DNA from: Fibrobacteria bacterium
Lineage (GTDB): Bacteria > Fibrobacterota > Fibrobacteria > UBA11236
Assembly (NCBI GenBank): GCA_041746255.1
Contig: JBGTHM010000125.1
Span: forward strand, 64,114-128,113
Reading direction: 5' to 3'
Length of the DNA: 64,000 nucleotides
A program made the translations under genes and the position numbers. Shown here piece after piece: positions 59,401 to 64,000 of the stretch. Under the pieces are notes generated by a model, which was given only the letters and a program-made list of their open reading frames with translations, ran no database searches and had not been told where the DNA came from. The first letter of the stretch is position 1, and each line of letters opens with the position of its first letter.

Positions 59401-61386
59401 CGAGCGTCCCAATCGATACCACAGTTCGGCCTTGTCCGGAAAATGTTTGCTTAATCGGCTCAGGTTATCGGCGGCCAGGGAAAAATTTCCAGTTTCAAAA
59501 AGATAGAAGGCGCGTTGCAGGTCGTAGTCGTTCTGTTTTCCGGGTTCCAACCGGGCGAGGTTTTCCAAGGAAGTGATGTACAAGGCTTCACTGCCTGCTC
59601 GTTTTCGCGTCAAAGGTTCCAGAAAAGCATAAGCGCGCTTATCGTCCGGAAAGATACGCAGCCAATTCTGCGCATGCTTGACGGCATCAGCGGTGTCCTT
59701 GGCGGCCAAATCGAGCTCGGCGAGACGAAATAACCATTTATCATGGTAAGAGTCCAGGCTAATCACGCCTTGCACGGCCTTCCGTAGGCGCGCCGTGGAG
59801 GCGCCGGATTCGGAAAGGCTATGCGCGTGAGCAAGCCTTACTTCGAGGTCGTTGGGATCCATGTGTAGAAAATCTTCCGCCAGGTCGCCTGACAGGGAAT
59901 AGTTTTTAGCGGCGTGCAAATCCAGGATGGCCCGGCGGTTTCCTTTCAACAGGTTTTTATCCAGCGAGTGGGCCATGGCGTAAGCTTCTGCGGCGCGGGG
60001 GGTATTCCGGTTCAGCGAATAACCCCTTCCTACCAGGAAATGCAGTCTTCCATCGCGGGGATTTTGCTTTGCCGCAGCTTGCAGAGCCTGGAAGTGCTGG
60101 AGGACTTGTGCATCCGTGTAGATGACTTGCGGCAATAAGGCATTGTATTCCGGACGATTCGGGCTTCCCGCTAAGGCCTTGCGAAGGTAAGCGTAGGCTG
60201 CGCCGGTATCTTGGCGAGCCAGGAAGAGCTGGGCGAGTTGAAATTGCAAGGCATGATCCTTAGGATTTTTCTTTTCGAGGGCGGCCAGGGCATCGGTCCA
60301 CTTGCTGTCTTTCGATTGCGTCGCCAGGCCCATTACTTTTGCCTTGGCCTCGGAATGGTTGGGATTTATTTCCAAGGCTTGATGATAGGCGGCCAGGGCC
60401 CTTTCCGGTTGTCCAATCTTTTCCAGAATGGCCGCGGCTTCCAGGGGGATTTCTATCATCCGGGGCGCATTTCTCGCGGCTTCCCGATAATAGGGCAAGG
60501 CCTTATTCGGATCCGAATTCGCCCACAGGCGCGCCACTTGCAGGTTGAACTCGGCGTTGTCACGAAAGTGTGCGGAGATGCGGTCATAAATTTCCAGGGC
60601 CTTGGGCGCGCCTCCCTGGGCTTCATATGCCTTTGCTAATTCGTGGGCAATACCCCAATCGTTGGGGTTGATTTTGAGATACGCTTCCCGGGATTTGATA
60701 CCCTGAGGATTTTTCAATCCGTAGATCCGTGACAACTCGGCCAGGATTTCCGATTCCTTGGCGCTGAGGCTCCCCGATTGTTTTTGGAGTTGGATTTCAA
60801 GTATGGCCGCCAATTTTTCCTTTTGCGGAGGGTTGCGATAATGCTCCGCTAAAAAGTCGAGGCCGGCTTCGCTGGTGGGATGCTTAAGCCTGAAGTCCTC
60901 ATAAGCCTTGGCCGCTTCGGCTTTCTGTCCCGTTCTTTCCAGGGTTTGACAGTATCTTTCCCAATCTTCGGCATTGCTGGTAATCGCGGGCAATTGTTTG
61001 AAATATTTGAGCGCGGATCTATAGTCTCGGGATTCGAAATAACTGAGACCTAAAGCCCTCACGGCCGGCAAGCCGGGTTTTTTCAACAACTTGAGATGGC
61101 CCAAGGCCTTACCGTAATTCTGGCGTTCCTGATAGAGTATGCCAAGCGCCTCTTTGATGGATTCGTCGGCAGGCGCGGCCTTGAGCGCCCTTTCGAGTGA
61201 AGGAATGAGGGCGGGATTTTCCAGCACCGATTCACCCTTGATGACCTTGGCTACTACCTGCTTAAGTTCCGCAGCTTGTACCTGATCATTTCCATCGGCG
61301 CCGGAAGAGTAGTTGGGTAAAACCAGGAGCATACCCAGCAAGGAGCTTGTGAGGATTGAGTGTGCCTTTGTATGTAATGATTGCAC
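53464..61386 (-). CDS. Giant exported TPR-repeat protein (~2640 aa)
   Basis: Continuous TPR-like helices. Start reassigned to GTG 61386, preceded by GGAGGT and followed by a signal-like segment. The ORF-track extension to 61737 overlaps a plausible + strand gene. Confidence 0.88.
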   Translation of the reverse strand: MQSLHTKAHSILTSSLLGMLLVLPNYSSGADGNDQVQAAELKQVVAKVIKGESVLENPALIPSLERALKAAPADESIKEALGILYQERQNYGKALGHLKLLKKPGLPAVRALGLSYFESRDYRSALKYFKQLPAITSNAEDWERYCQTLERTGQKAEAAKAYEDFRLKHPTSEAGLDFLAEHYRNPPQKEKLAAILEIQLQKQSGSLSAKESEILAELSRIYGLKNPQGIKSREAYLKINPNDWGIAHELAKAYEAQGGAPKALEIYDRISAHFRDNAEFNLQVARLWANSDPNKALPYYREAARNAPRMIEIPLEAAAILEKIGQPERALAAYHQALEINPNHSEAKAKVMGLATQSKDSKWTDALAALEKKNPKDHALQFQLAQLFLARQDTGAAYAYLRKALAGSPNRPEYNALLPQVIYTDAQVLQHFQALQAAAKQNPRDGRLHFLVGRGYSLNRNTPRAAEAYAMAHSLDKNLLKGNRRAILDLHAAKNYSLSGDLAEDFLHMDPNDLEVRLAHAHSLSESGASTARLRKAVQGVISLDSYHDKWLFRLAELDLAAKDTADAVKHAQNWLRIFPDDKRAYAFLEPLTRKRAGSEALYITSLENLARLEPGKQNDYDLQRAFYLFETGNFSLAADNLSRLSKHFPDKAELWYRLGRSSQELGRENAAQHYRKAWDLDPRNAEYARRLADILNAPTDLKDNLALFKVVGSNNPTPEQRRKLAHAYFLNGDYAGAALQWDWFVNNRNPIALEDPLATESFLQARQPEKARLLLEKRLEKNPKDLKVLTQLAEIYKSSNPKKHLELMARVLDVSFTHEDYLLQMARAQEKSGNFSEALRFYSQWTFHNPDDLPALEAFHRLAASRKDTASLIDALNLLVNHKDADPKFRFQQAELHYERGGEISRLEDLVKANPGYTKAKLILIREYHNRSDFEKLAKLEPDLTSQAKGNPELLEALGDLYAFQEKHAEAGRIYYSLLSARNKDRDIFNKVLDHARKTRSQHLPAILKSGSETFGEDISIKSSYAGTLGNTAEALALYQGIIAKRPKDVEAVKKAVEIALSLKKMDVAAQWLNRWTQLDKNDPEPWNQLIALHTRANEKSKLAPALEGLHALRHGDLELSMRLGSVYEELRKPEKSLEYYRMALYMKPNDKAVRDKVVALLKSLRKEDELSQVLQEIQALDTSAHEVQFELAKIYLQKKDKDKAYAYLSMALNKAPDVKAYQALIPSVITGEGQIMKYFPVLERMASAKPNPNDKANAELFLLLGEGYFLKQQWTKSGEYYSLANRLIPSRILGNRRAVIGAFAAKDYVLAADLAERYLEVNPDYDMEVRKIQILSYERTGRKETDIRIALQHLLIVDRENAGGLLRLAELDLKAGDTAMAMSNIRSCLNTNPTDARGYKMLLSITKGKKEERVTYVVTLEKLINLDAENRAEYQWLLGNFYFGNEKFRTTATLLSEAVKGLPKKAEAWYKLGFSYSKLGMTESGVGALKHAYELEPKNLLYARAYGQTLKTDKEIRESLALFEFLAGNNPDQLEKRKLAGSYYLNGKYPQSARAWDDVLTDKRVTGVYFPLAAEAFLRTDQLLKSVAMYELRLGHEDASGIVSPPFLDTLSGLYVKIADVGKYVGALERIVGYDPVYKDFQLRLAKAMETAKRFPDAISHYGQWAARNPRDMDALVSFHALSEHTKDTASLESSLRYLVDLKKADVKYTFQLAELDFKFTGNPEPIEILVKKHPQYRVGRILLVSEYYQRYDLDRLRHFEKFMRDEREKERWMLAPLAETYAYQEKKNEANQAFYDNMLYRRDVGPAVDFKSAFEKAWIYGEATSSRHLTEVLRIGHEAFPQDLAVKYAYASALGRDPSALKLYGEILASNPADVNAQRRGGQLAMALGRHSEALAFLESWTRSEPQISESWKLLADAHAGLKNPAKQFEAMDRLVNLEPTNAELHFATAQLARSLGRIDKALEYYVRSHELKFDRKDYLSELVAYLEQLADGHLSKGELAQAADYYDILLNKKPDHAKASLYLGISLAQHRNFPSALLLLKQGAATIPQQPKPIQALAWKLTGMSLRSQGEETQAADAFVKAFSVDPSDVEVAIAKMELSQNLGLAQQLPQAFSDVVRLDSNNLHALGGLAWIRLQEKKYGDAASLYGRLAGIDPATMDHQVQWGHALFESGKSEPALKAYTNAWRHGERDPALLYNLSRIHHARGTLSDAQPALEELVVRQPQNHQAGYWLGLVHLEKGRLEKAGEVIGTALSYDAGNLAYTEALADVFYRLEDYPIAVEMLGPRVSELSPASRLVYAQALTGLGQEQTAMLQFSELMKKSPSAASVAGLAQLHLKNKRAEEARRLIESSSFKQDTAVRLALGQSLLALRERDKAGTIFAGLVKEDESNAIFRYNLGQAYLEQRKFDRALAEFQAALKHKPDFSPASFMAGECYLELGRLDKARDQFHALTQSFNRTSMAKGFQGLARAALAERKTEEARDFLLRSLEFSDNPAVMALLARTCLQLGDISEAEQWSQRSLEHDSNYDEGIVALAEVLLAQGQAKGAQELLQEGLTGNPRSCALYLSQAKVLLDMNNIQASSASSRYALSLCPDDPMSSYYAGIVADKSAQKDEAQKHFKNFTRLGGDRKSLPQGY

Positions 61387-61607
61387 GTGACCTCCGAAGG
61401 GGACGGGAATGGAGCGGATCCGGCTTGCCATGGGGGCTTGGTGGCCGGCAAGGCATGGTCGGATTCTAATTATCCCACCGAAAAAATTGAAGTCAAGGCG
61501 TATTGGGTTTTTTGGGAAAACTACTTCGGGGCCAATGTTAAAACCCGGCTTGAAAAGGGAATCTAGGTGAATTGTCGGCATGCCGGGGATTATAATGGCT
61601 GGGAGCC

Positions 61608-61841
61608 ATGGAAACACTATTTGATCACGAACCGAACGATGAAGAGCTGCAATTCCTATTCTTGGCCGGTCAAAATCGGGAAAAATACCTCGAAACCATA
61701 AGAGACCAGGAAACGGAGTTCGGAAATATCTACGCACTTTACATGATTCGAGGCAACCGCGATAAAGCCATGGAATATTTAGGGAAAATCCGAAATCCTA
61801 AAGAGCACTTCAATTCCAAAAAGGGCGGCACTGCCCGTTGA
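61608..61841 (+). CDS. Small hypothetical protein (77 aa)
   Basis: GGGAG RBS before the ATG; natural helical composition; 4 nt before the next co-oriented gene. Confidence 0.65.
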   Translation: METLFDHEPNDEELQFLFLAGQNREKYLETIRDQETEFGNIYALYMIRGNRDKAMEYLGKIRNPKEHFNSKKGGTAR

Positions 61842-61845
61842 AACC

Positions 61846-62625
61846 ATGCTGACCCTCGCTGAAATTCCCGCCCACATGGCGGATTGGCACCGCCAAAGTC
61901 AATCACTGGCCCAAGGCCTGCTCGAATTGCAGCCCCCGGGGGAAACAATTCATTGCCTGGAAAGGGAAGCGGATTTAGAGTTGCATTTCCGGGACTGTTA
62001 CATTCATATTCGCAAGGGCGTTTTCCGCCGGTTACTGGAGGGCAAAACCGTACGTTTTCACGAGCCGGGCGATTGGATTGCCATGTCCACGAGCTCCTGC
62101 CCGCAATCCAGCCTTGCCAGCGAATTCGGCTCAGAGGTATCGGTTTTTACCGGTAATGATTTCCGGGCGTTTTTAGCGAATACTCCGAAGGCGATGGAAT
62201 TATGGCTGCAATATTCCGTTTTGGAACAACGCTTGTTGCTGGGGATTTCCAGCCTGTTTATGCCCGACGAAACGCGGCGCGACATCCAATTGCTCGACTT
62301 CAAGCCGGGCGATACCATCATCAAAGAGGGTGAGGCATCCAGGTTTATTTTCGAACTGGTCCAGGGTTCCGCCGCGGTTTTTTCGGGTGGCGTGCATCTG
62401 TCGACGATAATGGAAGGCGAAATTTTCGGAGAAATCAGCTATTTCGCCGGCACCGAACGTACCGCAACGGTTACGGCCCAAACCGATTGCCTGGTCCAGG
62501 CCATGGAAAGGGAGAACTTCGCCTCTGCCATCCGCCGTAGACCGGAAACGGTGCTTCGGCTGATTCGTATACTCTGTGACAGGCTTCTATCGGTTGACCG
62601 GCGCTTGATCGAAGGCGGGGTTTGA
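61846..62625 (+). CDS. Cyclic-nucleotide-binding domain protein (tandem cNMP domains, the N-terminal one degenerate; no HTH)
   Basis: FKPGDTIIKEGE...G.A.V...EGEIFGEIS....RTATV.A...C. Confidence 0.85.
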   Translation: MLTLAEIPAHMADWHRQSQSLAQGLLELQPPGETIHCLEREADLELHFRDCYIHIRKGVFRRLLEGKTVRFHEPGDWIAMSTSSCPQSSLASEFGSEVSVFTGNDFRAFLANTPKAMELWLQYSVLEQRLLLGISSLFMPDETRRDIQLLDFKPGDTIIKEGEASRFIFELVQGSAAVFSGGVHLSTIMEGEIFGEISYFAGTERTATVTAQTDCLVQAMERENFASAIRRRPETVLRLIRILCDRLLSVDRRLIEGGV

Positions 62626-62652
62626 AACCGTTGATGGAATAGCGAAGGGCTA

Positions 62653-63999
62653 TCAGAAAAAATAACTGACCTTTGTCATAAAATACCAGTCTTTAAGAGT
62701 GGTAAAGGCGGCCTCATAGCCGTCAGAGAAGAATGTTCCACCAGTTCGAAAATGATCGTTCGCGATTTGAGCGCTGATACGGACATGGTTTTTAATCGTT
62801 TTGGCGCCATGTAGCGACCACTTCCAGTCGTCAGCATGCATTTTTTCCAGGTTGTAGGGGTCTTTGTTGGGATACAGGTCTGAGCCATATTTGATACTTT
62901 CGACTCCGGTAACGGGGTCGGTAACCACTTCACGTTTACCCCACCCGGATGCATTGGAAACCGGAATGGGGGAGTAGTAATTCGCAAGTTTGAAGTGATC
63001 ATTTTTATAGGGAGCACCGTACCATTCCACTTCCAGTGAGAGATGATCCAGTAAATCAAACATTGGTAGGTTAAAGCCAACCATAACCGGAATCCGCTGA
63101 CTGATTTTATCATAGATCCCGGCATAATCCTGCACTCCGATGAGTGCGATTTCGGAGTAGAGCTTTAAATCTTTCTCCCCAAGGGCTCCTTGTCCAAAGA
63201 GCCCTTTTAAATCCCAACTGAAGAAGGCTCCCAATTTTATTCCCTGGAGACTGAAGTACGTCGTGTCTTTTCTGGCCACGAAACCGATGCTGTCATCAGG
63301 AGTTACTCTTTCGCTTTGGGGTATAATTACCTGGCTTGTGCCTACAGAGTCACCTTCGAAGAAATACCGGCGATCATAGGGGTGGGAAATTTCGGAAATG
63401 TTGAAGTCTTCCTGGAAGATATCCGGGTCTCTGGGGGTGGTCATGGCGCTATTGATTGGAAGTATCCGATAAAAATTGACCCCTGCTCCTATTTCAAAAA
63501 AATCATTGGGCTTAAATTTTCCGATGTACGCAAGAGAATAGTCGAAGAGAGGCTGTAGTTTCGTTTCGCTGAATAAAAGCATGTCATGGGAAAAATTTCC
63601 CAGACTACTGTGCAATTTCATTCCCAGTAAATTGGCGATTCCGATGGTTTCATCCGCTTCGAAGCCGGAAAAAAGAAATCCGGGATAAACCGTTCCCCTA
63701 AGGAGATACAACCCGAGGTTTTGGATATCGTCATGGTAATTGTACGGATAGTAACCGAAGGTCAGTTGAAATGGGGAATCTTCTTTTTCTCCATGGGAAT
63801 AGGTAAATCGAGCCTCGGTAATATAGGGCGTTACCCCCACTCTTAGCCTTGCCGCTGAAGCCGGTCCACCCTGGGCCACATTAGACCCGGTCAGGCCTTT
63901 TTGGATTTGTTTGATCCCAATTCCTAAAGATCCTTCCCAGTTATCATTTATTTCAGCCAATGCGCTAATCTGACCGGTAACGCTTTGGAACCAATTGCC
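62653..63999 (-). CDS. Fibrobacterota-type outer-membrane protein, 5'-truncated
   Basis: Frame open to the window end; motif GYYPYNY....QNLGLYLLRGTVYPG; C-terminal WYFMTKVSYFF barrel signature. Confidence 0.7.
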   Translation of the reverse strand, partial: GNWFQSVTGQISALAEINDNWEGSLGIGIKQIQKGLTGSNVAQGGPASAARLRVGVTPYITEARFTYSHGEKEDSPFQLTFGYYPYNYHDDIQNLGLYLLRGTVYPGFLFSGFEADETIGIANLLGMKLHSSLGNFSHDMLLFSETKLQPLFDYSLAYIGKFKPNDFFEIGAGVNFYRILPINSAMTTPRDPDIFQEDFNISEISHPYDRRYFFEGDSVGTSQVIIPQSERVTPDDSIGFVARKDTTYFSLQGIKLGAFFSWDLKGLFGQGALGEKDLKLYSEIALIGVQDYAGIYDKISQRIPVMVGFNLPMFDLLDHLSLEVEWYGAPYKNDHFKLANYYSPIPVSNASGWGKREVVTDPVTGVESIKYGSDLYPNKDPYNLEKMHADDWKWSLHGAKTIKNHVRISAQIANDHFRTGGTFFSDGYEAAFTTLKDWYFMTKVSYFF

Positions 64000-64000
64000 A

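Noticed and set aside
61387..61737. ORF-track N-terminal extension of the TPR protein
   Set aside because: A better start (GTG 61386, GGAGGT RBS, signal-like peptide) exists, and the extension overlaps a plausible opposite-strand gene.
1..64000. rRNA, tRNA, CRISPR arrays, transposases, integrases, T6SS core genes
   Set aside because: None recognised by eye in this window; a covariance-model or HMM scan would be needed to exclude small RNAs.

Overview
A bacterial chromosomal segment of moderately high GC, with an AT-richer island at about 19.7-23 kb. It is most likely from Fibrobacterota; this is inferred from the lineage-type outer-membrane proteins at both ends, a T9SS-like C-terminal domain and exported TPR/Ig proteins. 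Most genes are housekeeping or envelope genes: pgi, a CheB/CheR-kinase signalling cassette, a DUF349 protein, two PQQ-type sugar dehydrogenases, a CDF transporter, a TonB receptor with a Fur-like box, dacB, nadE, livKHMGF, lemA plus two TPM genes, speA, an FKBP PPIase, msrB, lpoB and a ~2640-aa TPR protein. The most striking locus is 17987-21937, a translationally coupled, orphan type-VI-like toxin cassette. It encodes (1) an Hcp/TssD tube domain fused to an Ig-like domain, an OmpA-like domain with an inserted peptidoglycan-binding domain, and a C-terminal transthyretin-like tip; (2) a Tme-like (DxxK) membrane-disrupting effector; and (3) a polytopic membrane immunity candidate. Other points of interest: a Dam-type methylase paired with an uncharacterised PD-(D/E)xK nuclease, a 13-bp CRP-like palindrome that occurs twice, a DnaA-box/IHF cluster, a PfkB protein lacking its catalytic motifs, and an ~810-aa tandem super-repeat in the giant TPR protein. 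No rRNA, tRNA, CRISPR array, transposase or integrase was recognised. All family assignments come from motif recognition by eye, not database searches.
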